Positions 55,589-64,000 of a stretch of 64,000 nucleotides of DNA are shown piece by piece; the stretch's first letter is position 1, and each line of letters starts with the position of its first letter. Source of the stretch: a virus; UHGV virus genome UHGV-2202118; one strand, given 5' to 3'. The notes under the pieces were generated by a model. The model did no database searches and had not been told where the DNA came from. It was given only the letters and a program-made list of their open reading frames with translations. The translations under genes and the position numbers were made by a program.

Positions 55589-55960
55589 ATGAAAGCTAAG
55601 AGTGCAAAAGACTTTTATTGCTTCCTACAATCCTATATCAATTCCGTGCAAAATGGTGAAAGGTACAACCTTAATGATGTTATCCCAACACCTTTGACAT
55701 GGAGACTCAGTAAATGGCCTGAAGAAGATATTACACCAACAAGCGAACAACGCACCTACAAACCTGAAATCAATATTCCAGACTCTGAGAATCTATTATA
55801 TCCAATGTTCCATATCGTTGGACTTGGAAGATTCCTTATGGATATCCAGTATGTAATTGGTAAAGGTTATAAGGCTAAAGGTATTGTTGTTGGTGATGTA
55901 TCTCCGCATCACAAAGGTTATTTTAGACTAAACGCACATTTAGAGGCTAAAAAGAAATGA
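55589..55960 (+). CDS. hypothetical protein, paralog of the N-terminal domain of the Ig-like protein
   Basis: 123 aa; MKAKSAKDFYCFLQSYINSVQNGERYNL aligns with MIKAKTYPDFKEFVKGFVANVKAGKRYDF of the next gene; ATGA overlap with next gene. Confidence 0.5.
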   Translation: MKAKSAKDFYCFLQSYINSVQNGERYNLNDVIPTPLTWRLSKWPEEDITPTSEQRTYKPEINIPDSENLLYPMFHIVGLGRFLMDIQYVIGKGYKAKGIVVGDVSPHHKGYFRLNAHLEAKKK

Positions 55961-57090
55961 TTAAAGCAAAGACTTACCCAGACTTCAAAGAGTTTGTGAA
56001 GGGCTTCGTTGCAAATGTAAAGGCTGGTAAGAGATATGATTTTAGAACATATCAAGAGGCTATTTTACCACTTACTTATAGTTCATATTGGCCTGAAGCT
56101 GATATTGCAGAAGTTGAGAAGTTTGACTACAAACCAGACTACAAAGTCCCATTTAGTGATGAGTTGCTTTACAGCGTTGGTGCTCAAATGAGAACTTCTG
56201 ACTTCTTCATGGACTTACAATATGCAATTATCAATGGTAAAGACGTTGATACAGTTTATTGTGAATGGCTGGCAAGAGTTAAACCATTCTCAATGCTGAA
56301 TGCTAAGCTGAAGGATGCTATCAAGCCACCATCAATCACTCAGCAACCAACCAACCAAACAGTAAATGAAGGTGGCACACTTACCCTAAGTGTTATTGCA
56401 ACTAATGCCACTGGATATCAATGGAAAAAGGGTGGTGAGGATATCACTAGTGCCACATCTGCAACCTACACAAAACAGTCTGTAGTACCTTCTGATGCTG
56501 GTTCCTATACTTGTGTTGTGTCTGGAGAGGCTGGGACAAGTGTTACCTCAGATGCGGCAACAGTTACTGTCAACGCACTGCCTGTGATTACACAGCAACC
56601 TTCTGGTCAGACTATCAATGAGGGTGGAGACATCAACTTGGTAGTGGCTGCAACAGGTGCAACAGGTTATCAGTGGAAGAAAGATGGCTCTGACATCACT
56701 TCAGCTACAGATGCTACCTATAGCAAGTCCGGTGCGCTGCCAGCAGATGCTGGTTCATACACTTGCGTTGTAACAGGTGCAGGTGGTGCAGTGGAATCTA
56801 ATGCTGCTGTAGTAACTGTGAATGCACTTCCGGTAATCACTCAACAGCCAACCAATCAAGAAATCACTGAAGGTGAGACCTTAACGCTGAATGTTGTGGC
56901 AACAGGTGCAACAGGTTACCAGTGGAAGAAAGGTGAGGAAGACATCCTCGATGCAACTGGTGCAACTTACACCAAAGAAGGTGCAACCGCTGCTGATGCA
57001 GGAAGCTACACCTGTGTAGTTACTGGTGCAGGTGGCTCTGTAACGTCTAATGCAGCAACAGTTACAGTTAACCCAGTAGGAGGGGCATAA
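55957..57090 (+). CDS. protein with three tandem Ig-like domains (Hoc-like candidate)
   Basis: 377 aa; three repeats of about 90 aa each: ITQQP(T/S)xQT(V/I)NEGG...ATGYQWKK(G/D)G(E/S)DI...DAGSYTCVV(S/T)G(E/A)(A/G)G...ATVTVN. Confidence 0.6.
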   Translation: MIKAKTYPDFKEFVKGFVANVKAGKRYDFRTYQEAILPLTYSSYWPEADIAEVEKFDYKPDYKVPFSDELLYSVGAQMRTSDFFMDLQYAIINGKDVDTVYCEWLARVKPFSMLNAKLKDAIKPPSITQQPTNQTVNEGGTLTLSVIATNATGYQWKKGGEDITSATSATYTKQSVVPSDAGSYTCVVSGEAGTSVTSDAATVTVNALPVITQQPSGQTINEGGDINLVVAATGATGYQWKKDGSDITSATDATYSKSGALPADAGSYTCVVTGAGGAVESNAAVVTVNALPVITQQPTNQEITEGETLTLNVVATGATGYQWKKGEEDILDATGATYTKEGATAADAGSYTCVVTGAGGSVTSNAATVTVNPVGGA

Positions 57091-57554
57091 TGCAACTCTC
57101 ACAGAAAGGTTTAGAAGCTATTAAGTTCTTTGAAGGTCTTAAGCTGGAGGCTTACGAAGATTCTGCTGGAATCCCCACAATTGGGTATGGGACAATCCGT
57201 ATTGGTGGGAAGCCTGTTAAGATGGGTATGAAGATTACCGCTGAACAAGCTGAACAGTATCTTCTTGCAGATGTTGAAAAATTCGTTGCAGCAGTGAACA
57301 AAGCCATCAAGGTTCCAACTTCTCAGAACGAGTTTGATGCACTTGTAAGTGAAACATACAACATTGGCATCACAGCTATGCAGGACTCTACATTTATCAA
57401 GCGCCACAACGATGGTAATAAGGTCGGTTGTGCAGAAGCTATGCAATGGTGGAACAAGGTTACAGTCAAAGGCAAGAAGGTCACCTCAAACGGCCTGAAA
57501 AACAGACGTAGAATGGAAGCTGACATTTATCTTGACAGTGTATATCCAAAGTAA
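57090..57554 (+). CDS. endolysin, GH24 (T4-lysozyme-like) muramidase
   Basis: 154 aa; catalytic arrangement LEAYEDSAGIPTIGYG (Glu, 8 residues, Asp, 5 residues, Thr). Confidence 0.8.
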   Translation: MQLSQKGLEAIKFFEGLKLEAYEDSAGIPTIGYGTIRIGGKPVKMGMKITAEQAEQYLLADVEKFVAAVNKAIKVPTSQNEFDALVSETYNIGITAMQDSTFIKRHNDGNKVGCAEAMQWWNKVTVKGKKVTSNGLKNRRRMEADIYLDSVYPK

Positions 57555-57564
57555 TATCTTCATA

Positions 57565-57588
57565 GGCTCCTTCGGGAGCCTTTTTTAT
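57565..57588 (+). terminator. rho-independent terminator GGCTCC-TTCG-GGAGCC + T6
   Basis: Perfect 6-bp GC-rich stem, TTCG tetraloop, TTTTTT. Confidence 0.7.
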
Positions 57589-57605
57589 TTTCTAAGGAGA
57601 AAACT

Positions 57606-58004
57606 ATGAAACTTTGGGCTGATGATGTTGGGACTTTTAAGTACACTCGCAATGGCTCAATGGTGAGAATCATTGGGAGTAACATTGTTACAATTGGTGA
57701 TAGGGTACACACAATGTTCACTGTTGAGTTGGCTGAACTCTCACCTATTGAATCTGCTAACAACGGCCTGTTCAAGTTTGAGACTTACCATGTAAATGAA
57801 CACGGGCAGTTTAATACTCTAGGGGAAAGTGGCCTTGATATTATTTCAGAACACCCCTTGACAAGAGAGCAGCTTGCGAGTTACTATAAAACAGTTCTTG
57901 AAAGGACTTTGGCAACACATGAGCATGAGGCCAGATATCACATAGAACGTTGTGAAGTTTTAAGAGCAAAAATCGAACAAGCAGAGAGAGGTTTTTATGA
58001 ATAA
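57606..58004 (+). CDS. hypothetical protein
   Basis: 132-aa ORF. Confidence 0.4.
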   Translation: MKLWADDVGTFKYTRNGSMVRIIGSNIVTIGDRVHTMFTVELAELSPIESANNGLFKFETYHVNEHGQFNTLGESGLDIISEHPLTREQLASYYKTVLERTLATHEHEARYHIERCEVLRAKIEQAERGFYE

Positions 58005-58386
58005 AGAGATTCAAGTAAAAGTTGACACTTTTGGACATGATGGTCGAGAAGATGCTGGACTTGCCGACGCAGTGATTTTTGAGTGTAATGGGAATATTAG
58101 TCTTCGCTTTACAGGCTCAGGTAGCACCCTTCGCAGAATGCGAGATGATGAAGATGGTTGTCCTGTATTTGGCTGGTATGATATGGAGTTTCCTCGTTAC
58201 GCCATCCATTATCCAGATGGTGGAGAAGACTGGACAACTCAATCAATCCGCGATGAGCTTAATGGCATTCCAGTTGAGCAAGAAGAGCAAGAGCCTGTTG
58301 AACTCACCTTCACTTTTATCAAAGAAGAGAAAGTAGGTGACTTGTCAGTAACTGAAGCAATTCAAGTCTCACAGGTGATTCGTTAA
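57997..58386 (+). CDS. hypothetical protein
   Basis: 129-aa ORF. Confidence 0.4.
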   Translation: MNKEIQVKVDTFGHDGREDAGLADAVIFECNGNISLRFTGSGSTLRRMRDDEDGCPVFGWYDMEFPRYAIHYPDGGEDWTTQSIRDELNGIPVEQEEQEPVELTFTFIKEEKVGDLSVTEAIQVSQVIR

Positions 58387-58679
58387 TGAGTAAAGTACAG
58401 GTTGTTTTCCCTATTTGTGACTTCTCACTAGAGCGTGAACTTGACCTGTACGAAGAAATTACTGACGAAATTATCTGGTCTGTTGTAGAAGAGGCTATCA
58501 AGAAACTGTATGGTGGCCTCTTAAATCCATCAAGTAAAAAGCTCACTACTAAGCAAGTAGCTGATACGTACACTTCATATGATGCCTACAACAAACCTTT
58601 TGAGAATACCTGCTTTGACCTTATGGTAGGTAATAACAAAGTCAACTATTTCTTCGTCAGAGAGTTTAACGATGAGTAA
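58386..58679 (+). CDS. hypothetical protein
   Basis: 97-aa ORF. Confidence 0.4.
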   Translation: MSKVQVVFPICDFSLERELDLYEEITDEIIWSVVEEAIKKLYGGLLNPSSKKLTTKQVADTYTSYDAYNKPFENTCFDLMVGNNKVNYFFVREFNDE

Positions 58680-59016
58680 GCTCCATGTCACAGTGTACAA
58701 AAACTTCTTAGATATCAAAGAGTCTTTAACAAATAAGCTTGACTTACAACGTAAAAGACTCTTCTTAATGTACGATATAGACAACTACAACCATCCTAAA
58801 GAGTTTAACTACAAAGATGGTACAAAGGTTGTTGAGTTTGAAGATTCTGTGACGGTATATGTCAAGCATGACTTACCAGCAAAGTACATAGGGATGTTAG
58901 AGTACTATATATTCAAACATACAGGTATGCGTGGTGAATATGTCAAGATATCTTCTATAGAAGTTTTTGAGAAACCTAACACACAACTTAAAAAGTATTT
59001 AATGAGGAAACTGTAA
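58672..59016 (+). CDS. hypothetical protein
   Basis: 114-aa ORF. Confidence 0.4.
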   Translation: MSKLHVTVYKNFLDIKESLTNKLDLQRKRLFLMYDIDNYNHPKEFNYKDGTKVVEFEDSVTVYVKHDLPAKYIGMLEYYIFKHTGMRGEYVKISSIEVFEKPNTQLKKYLMRKL

Positions 59017-59597
59017 TGTCCGAAGAGCAACAGAATATTACTCCACAAGTAACACTGGTACAACATTTTGGAAATATTGAAGGGTGTATTGCACTTTTTC
59101 AACCAAGCATCAACTCTCCTGCAAAAGTTTGTAAGTTGACTATGAATGTGAACAATATCAGTGTTTGCCTTGTTGATGAAGTCCAGTACTTCAAATTCAA
59201 TGACAGAGAGGTTGATGCTGCACTATTGAAGTATCGAGCAAGCCTCGAAAAAGACATCGACCACAAAGAACTTGTAACACTGTTTGGTGACCTTCACAAG
59301 CTTCTTGAAAAGGTTATGAAGCGCACATACTACATGAACAACGGTTCAATCATCACCACTTTGATTTCACCATGTATTTCAGAGCCAATTTTAACTGATG
59401 ACGGTGGATACTACGTGGTAGCATCAGCAGATTCTGATTGGTGGATGAAGAACACAGCACTTAAAACAGTGATTGAGGCTATCCGCGAACATATCCCTTC
59501 ATTCAGCCCGTGGAAAGGTAAAAGTGATGATTTCATTGCACTATTGAGTGAAGAGAGTAACAAGCGCAGTGCATTGCTGCCTAAAAAATACTCTTGA
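59016..59597 (+). CDS. hypothetical protein
   Basis: 193-aa ORF. Confidence 0.4.
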   Translation: MSEEQQNITPQVTLVQHFGNIEGCIALFQPSINSPAKVCKLTMNVNNISVCLVDEVQYFKFNDREVDAALLKYRASLEKDIDHKELVTLFGDLHKLLEKVMKRTYYMNNGSIITTLISPCISEPILTDDGGYYVVASADSDWWMKNTALKTVIEAIREHIPSFSPWKGKSDDFIALLSEESNKRSALLPKKYS

Positions 59598-59680
59598 CCG
59601 AGTATACAACACTGATTATGATGGGAGCTATCGAGAGGTAGTTCCCTTTTTAGTTTCTAGATAAGAGACATGGTAAAAGA

Positions 59681-59899
59681 ATGAAAAAACTAACTACAGT
59701 TGAAGACTACTACAAACTGTCCCTGTTAGAGCAGTATCGTAGGAGCCAGAATATCAGAAAATGCTATGGTAAACACGCTGAAGGTGACTTTTACCGTTGC
59801 TACGATGCAGATTTAAAAGGTGTAACACCTAGAGGGAAAGTCCTGCAAAGGCTTGTTGACCTTGAGTGGAACAAACGATTGAGAGGGTTTGGGAAATGA
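59681..59899 (+). CDS. hypothetical protein
   Basis: 72-aa ORF. Confidence 0.35.
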   Translation: MKKLTTVEDYYKLSLLEQYRRSQNIRKCYGKHAEGDFYRCYDADLKGVTPRGKVLQRLVDLEWNKRLRGFGK

Positions 59900-60399
59900 T
59901 TTACGAAGAAAGATACAAAATAGATTACCAGAAGACTGGTCATCATACTTCTCTTAGAGTAACCAAACCAAATGGGGATACCGGTATCATAGCACACTTT
60001 GGTGGTGACTATTGGTACGGTACAGGTTGCTTTGAAGGCTACACTCAAGAATACTTGAAAGCTTTCTACAGAGACTTTACAAATGACTACAACAGGGTTG
60101 TTGAAGAGAAGAATAAGTGCATTAAGCATGAATATCATGCCAGAGGTTGTCTAAATATTGTTATGATACTAGTGTTCTTCTTAGCAACATTACTAGCTGT
60201 ATCAGCAATCAGCTACATAGCTCAAGACTTGACCATTACACAGATTACTGCAAAGTTGCATGATGTCTGGTACTTGTATGTTGTTCCTTTAGCTGGTATC
60301 ATCATCTCACTAATGAGGTTCAGAGTTCATAAGAAACGACTTAAGGACTCTGAAGTTAAACTTGAAGAGGTAAGTAAAGAATGCAACCTACAATTATAG
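59866..60399 (+). CDS. hypothetical membrane protein
   Basis: 177 aa with two hydrophobic segments (LNIVMILVFFLATLLAVSAISYI and YLYVVPLAGIIISL). Confidence 0.4.
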   Translation: MEQTIERVWEMIYEERYKIDYQKTGHHTSLRVTKPNGDTGIIAHFGGDYWYGTGCFEGYTQEYLKAFYRDFTNDYNRVVEEKNKCIKHEYHARGCLNIVMILVFFLATLLAVSAISYIAQDLTITQITAKLHDVWYLYVVPLAGIIISLMRFRVHKKRLKDSEVKLEEVSKECNLQL

Positions 60400-60475
60400 C
60401 TGTATGTGTTCGTTTTGCAATCGCTGAAATGATTAACAAGGCAATCTTAAAAGATGCCTATGGAGAGACTAAGTA

Positions 60476-60700
60476 ATGATTAAGACACCTGTACCAATTT
60501 TTGGATTTCCTTCTATAGAAGAGTTCAAAGTTTATCTTGACAAAAACTTCTACAACGAGCAGCCTGTTACTTTGCTGAAGAGTGACTTATCAGAGCTTCT
60601 TGATATGGTTATTAAGGCAACTTCTGAGAAGGAGCCTGAACAGAAAGCTGAGAAGAAGACTAGTAAGAAATCCGATAAGAAGACTGAAAAGTCTGAGTAG
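60476..60700 (+). CDS. hypothetical protein with Lys/Glu-rich tail
   Basis: 74-aa ORF. Confidence 0.35.
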   Translation: MIKTPVPIFGFPSIEEFKVYLDKNFYNEQPVTLLKSDLSELLDMVIKATSEKEPEQKAEKKTSKKSDKKTEKSE

Positions 60701-60753
60701 TAACTTGAGGGGTTACTTGATAGCCCCTTTGTAGAAACTTAGAAGGTAGCGAA

Positions 60754-61026
60754 ATGACACCAGAATTAGAGGGTATCTCAGGTATTTGTAAACCTGAAGG
60801 TGGTTGGAAAGAAAAAACATACTATATTGTAGATGTTGCATACTCTAATAAAAATATAATCCACAGAGCAATTATGTACTCAGGTTTTTGTAATGATGAT
60901 GGAATACCAGAAAATTATAACTGGATTAAGAATGGTAGCTATGAGACAAAGCATACAATCTCTGATGCTTACTATTTAAAAGTGGTGGCTGAGTTACCTG
61001 AAGAGTTTCAAATTGATAGGATTTAA
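60754..61026 (+). CDS. hypothetical protein
   Basis: 90-aa ORF. Confidence 0.35.
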   Translation: MTPELEGISGICKPEGGWKEKTYYIVDVAYSNKNIIHRAIMYSGFCNDDGIPENYNWIKNGSYETKHTISDAYYLKVVAELPEEFQIDRI

Positions 61027-61029
61027 GAG

Positions 61030-61485
61030 ATGAAAGAGTACATAGGTAAAGAACTTGACATTGTAGATTCAAAGACACAGAGGTATATAGCTACTGTTAA
61101 GTTTCTTGGAATGAATGATGCAAGTGATGATTACCCTCTCAACTGCATAGTTTTAGATAAGTTTAAGGTTTGTGGTATTAATTTTAATGAGGATAACTTT
61201 ATAAGCTTTGATAAGGACGGTTTCTGGCGTGGTAAGAACCATCCTCAAGCAAATGAGTTTGATATGCGTCTAGTGATACCACAAAAAGGTAAATCACAAA
61301 ATGTAAAAGATATCCTTGTAGAAGCCTATGCAGAAGGTATAATAGATGTTGTGCATGATGTTGAAAAAGCTTTAAAGCTTGTTATGCCACATTTAGAATC
61401 TGGAAAGCTGACTTTAGAGATGTTTAATAGGGTTATTCGGAGAGCTTATGAAAGTAAAAGAGATAGTGCAAAGAGTAATGCTTGA
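61030..61485 (+). CDS. hypothetical protein
   Basis: 151-aa ORF. Confidence 0.4.
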   Translation: MKEYIGKELDIVDSKTQRYIATVKFLGMNDASDDYPLNCIVLDKFKVCGINFNEDNFISFDKDGFWRGKNHPQANEFDMRLVIPQKGKSQNVKDILVEAYAEGIIDVVHDVEKALKLVMPHLESGKLTLEMFNRVIRRAYESKRDSAKSNA

Positions 61486-61912
61486 CAACTCGACTAAAGA
61501 TGAGATGTACACAGAAATTTGTGATAAGTTAAACTGTTCAAGACATGCTGCTAAGGTTCTTGTACATTGTTTTATCTGGGAATGCTCAGAAGCTTATATG
61601 AAACACGTAGCTTTTGAGAGTTCTCATTTACTCGGTGATGCAAAAATAAGTGTAGCACTAAAAGAGCCTGAGATGAAAACAGTACCTAAAGTTGGTAATG
61701 TGTATAAACTAAAAAATTTTATTACAGGCGAGATTGTTGCAGAAGGTGAAGTGCAACAGGTTTATCATGATGGTAAATATCTGTTTAAGATATTCGAGTA
61801 TGATAGTCGTTACAGACACTTATGTGGTATTACATTTTTAGTTTCAGAGGATGACCTCATCAAGAACAATAGTAATAAATTCGCAGTACCAGAATATCAA
61901 GTTTTACGATAA
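61448..61912 (+). CDS. hypothetical protein
   Basis: 154-aa ORF. Confidence 0.4.
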   Translation: MKVKEIVQRVMLDNSTKDEMYTEICDKLNCSRHAAKVLVHCFIWECSEAYMKHVAFESSHLLGDAKISVALKEPEMKTVPKVGNVYKLKNFITGEIVAEGEVQQVYHDGKYLFKIFEYDSRYRHLCGITFLVSEDDLIKNNSNKFAVPEYQVLR

Positions 61913-62474
61913 TGGTGTGATAGATATGGAAAAAGATAACTTAAAAGAAGTTGAAGGTAACTACTTAGTACTTGACTGGAAGGATGTTCGGGAAGCACTC
62001 TCCGAAGAAAATCTTGACTGGTTCGAACAAATTATCTTTGCAGTACGGCATAACCGAGAAGTTGAAAATGGTAAAGAGCCACTTGAAGGAATCTTTGTAG
62101 AAAGGTCTTATCCATTCTATGAAGACACTTTGCAGAAAGTTAAGATGTACTTTAAACAGAAGAACCGTAAAGTGGTCACTATGGTATCTCTTGGTGGACA
62201 GAGTATGTCTGTGATGGAAGATATCAACCCTAAGAGACCGAGTAAAGGTGTTTGTATAAAAATCACAGGACATGAAGAGTATATCTCAGTGGCTGACTTT
62301 AGTGTGTTCTGTAATGGTTCTGCTGTCTTTAATGGGTTTCACTATGATATCCGAGTGTACCCAATCAAGGGAGATGATATCATGATGCAGATATTCGATA
62401 ACAATAATGGGTTCACTCATTTTTACCAGACAACTAAGTCATCATTGAAAACAGTTCTGGAAACACTGATTTAA
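61851..62474 (+). CDS. hypothetical protein
   Basis: 207-aa ORF, last gene before the non-coding repeat region; followed by hairpin + T-run at about 62485-62512. Confidence 0.4.
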   Translation: MTSSRTIVINSQYQNIKFYDNGVIDMEKDNLKEVEGNYLVLDWKDVREALSEENLDWFEQIIFAVRHNREVENGKEPLEGIFVERSYPFYEDTLQKVKMYFKQKNRKVVTMVSLGGQSMSVMEDINPKRPSKGVCIKITGHEEYISVADFSVFCNGSAVFNGFHYDIRVYPIKGDDIMMQIFDNNNGFTHFYQTTKSSLKTVLETLI

Positions 62475-63079
62475 AATATCTTAAGAGCCTCCTTAATTGG
62501 GGGCTTTTTAATTTTTATAAAATTTTATCGGTTGTCCCAACCTCTGGGTCACCATCATATGTGAATAAAATATCTATCCTTCTTAACAACCTTCTTAATC
62601 TTACTCTCTATATAGTTATATAGTACTATATAGTATCTTAGTAACTATCTAGTGGTCTCAATAGCCCTCTGTATAGCCCTTCTAAATAGCCATCTAAACA
62701 CTCTTCTAACAAGCCTTCTTAACAACCTATACAATCACCTTAACCATCCCTCTACACCCTCTTAGAAGCTCCTATACACCTCTTAATTTCTAGGTAAGCT
62801 ATGACACTCTCTATAGGTGTTCACTAGGTACTACTAAGCCTCTATATAAACTGTTTTAACAAACTTAACAGGAATATCTTCACAGACCTTATCTCACAAG
62901 GTCTAACACGGTACTAACAAGGTATCTTATAAGCCTGTTATTACCTGTATTTTTAAAAGACTGTATAGGTAATTATTCAGAATCTTAAAATTTTTATAAA
63001 ATAGGACTATCAAGTCATTTTTTAGGGTCTTTGAAGGAACTGAAAAATATCTGTAGAAGATGTATATCTGCTTGGTAGC

Positions 63080-63350
63080 CCTTAACAGCTCCCTTACAAG
63101 TACTTTGCAAAATTTTAAAATATCCTTAACAATCTCTTAACAGCTCTCACATCTTCTTAACAACTCTTCATAGGTCTTAACAGATTCTTAACAGAACTAA
63201 CAAGGGCTTAACAGTTTCTTAACAGTTGATACATGGGCTTTACAGAATCTTAACAGATGACTAACAAGAGCTAACAAGTTAATTTTTAAGAGTTATCTTG
63301 TTAAGATAATTAACAAGTTTCTAACAAGTGTTTAATCTTTTTAACAAGCT
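63080..63350. repeat. iteron array of (C)TTAACAG / CTAACAAG motifs
   Basis: At least 15 copies in about 270 bp, many spaced 10-11 bp apart; further copies at 62860-62930 and 63570-63700. Confidence 0.7.
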
Positions 63351-63590
63351 ATTAACATGGTCACTATCTCTTTCTTATCGTTCCCTCTCTTTCTTAATGA
63401 TTCTTTAAATAGCCCTTTTAAAAGCTCTCTATAGCTCCTTGTAAGCTCTTTTAAACCTCTTCCTAGTAATTACACCCCAACTATACAGACACCTATTTAT
63501 AAGGCTTTACAGGAGCTTTTAAGGCTATGTCAAAGACTCTTACAAAGCTTTTACATGGTATTAACAGAGATTTAACAAGGGACTAACAAG

Positions 63591-63740
63591 TTGCTAACAA
63601 GCATAACTATGTAGGGATTGTTAAGAATTTGTTAAGGGGACTAACAAGTTGCTAACAAGCATAACTATGTAGGGATTGTTAAGAATTTGTTAAGAAGATG
63701 TTAAGGGATTGTTAAGAATTTGTTAAGGGGACTAGCATTT
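63591..63740. repeat. 58-bp direct repeat, about 2.6 copies
   Basis: GACTAACAAGTTGCTAACAAGCATAACTATGTAGGGATTGTTAAGAATTTGTTAAGG repeated at 63591 and 63649 with a partial third copy. Confidence 0.75.
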
Positions 63741-64000
63741 ACGTAACTTTATAGCCTTTTTTACGTAACTTTATAGCCTTTTTTACGTAACTTTATAGCC
63801 TTTTTTACGTAACTTTGAAGTAACTTTATAGCCCCTATAACATGCTTTTTAGTGACTAGCATTTACGTAACTTTATAGCCTTTTTTACGTAACTTTATAG
63901 CCTTTTTTACGTAACTTTGAAGTAACTTTATAGCCTTTTTTACGTAACTTTGAAGTAACTTTATAGCCTTTTTTACGTAACTTTGAAGTAACTTTATAGC
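63741..64000. repeat. 22-bp tandem repeat array (ACGTAACTTTATAGCCTTTTTT) with higher-order periodicity, running to the window edge
   Basis: At least 9 copies plus variant ACGTAACTTTGAAGTAACTTTATAGCC; higher-order unit starting GACTAGCATTT repeats at 63741 and about 63866. Confidence 0.75.

Noticed and set aside
63741-64000. Possible CRISPR array suggested by regularly spaced 22-bp repeats
   Set aside because: Repeats are directly contiguous with no unique spacers, repeat unit is AT-rich and non-palindromic, and no cas genes are present; this is a tandem repeat array.

Overview
This window reads as most of a tailed dsDNA phage genome: a contractile-tail (myovirus-type) phage, AT-rich, with a Felix-O1-like or T4-like gene repertoire. 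Coordinates 1-25250 hold a nucleotide-metabolism and replication module: nrdD, glutaredoxin, nrdB, nrdA, RNase H-like exonuclease, SSB-like protein, primase-helicase, dNMP kinase, family A DNA polymerase, ATP-dependent ligase, DHFR and thymidylate synthase, interrupted by free-standing GIY-YIG and HNH homing endonucleases. Coordinates 25259-49022 (minus strand) hold lysis candidates and a complete structural module: two HxH-repeat tail fibers, baseplate, tape measure, frameshifted tail chaperones, tube, sheath, neck, major capsid, protease/scaffold, portal and terminase. Coordinates 49244-52296 (minus strand) hold an array of at least 16 tRNA genes with its own promoter and terminator, an embedded HNH endonuclease, and non-tRNA structured spacers. 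Coordinates 54560-62474 (plus strand) hold small unknown genes, an Ig-like-domain protein and a GH24 endolysin. Coordinates 62480 to the window end are non-coding and packed with iterons and tandem repeats. The most interesting candidate is a vWA/MIDAS protein (52462-53877) sitting directly upstream of the tRNA array, which contains a circularly permuted tRNA-like element (51354-51486) and a family of hairpin repeats with conserved termini; this resembles bacterial Ro60/Rsr with tRNA-mimicking Y RNAs, but that is a hypothesis I could not confirm without searches or folding. All calls come from reading the sequence and ORF translations by eye; tRNA boundaries and anticodons are hand-folded and approximate. 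The final sequence line implies the window is about 64010 bases, so features are capped at 64000.
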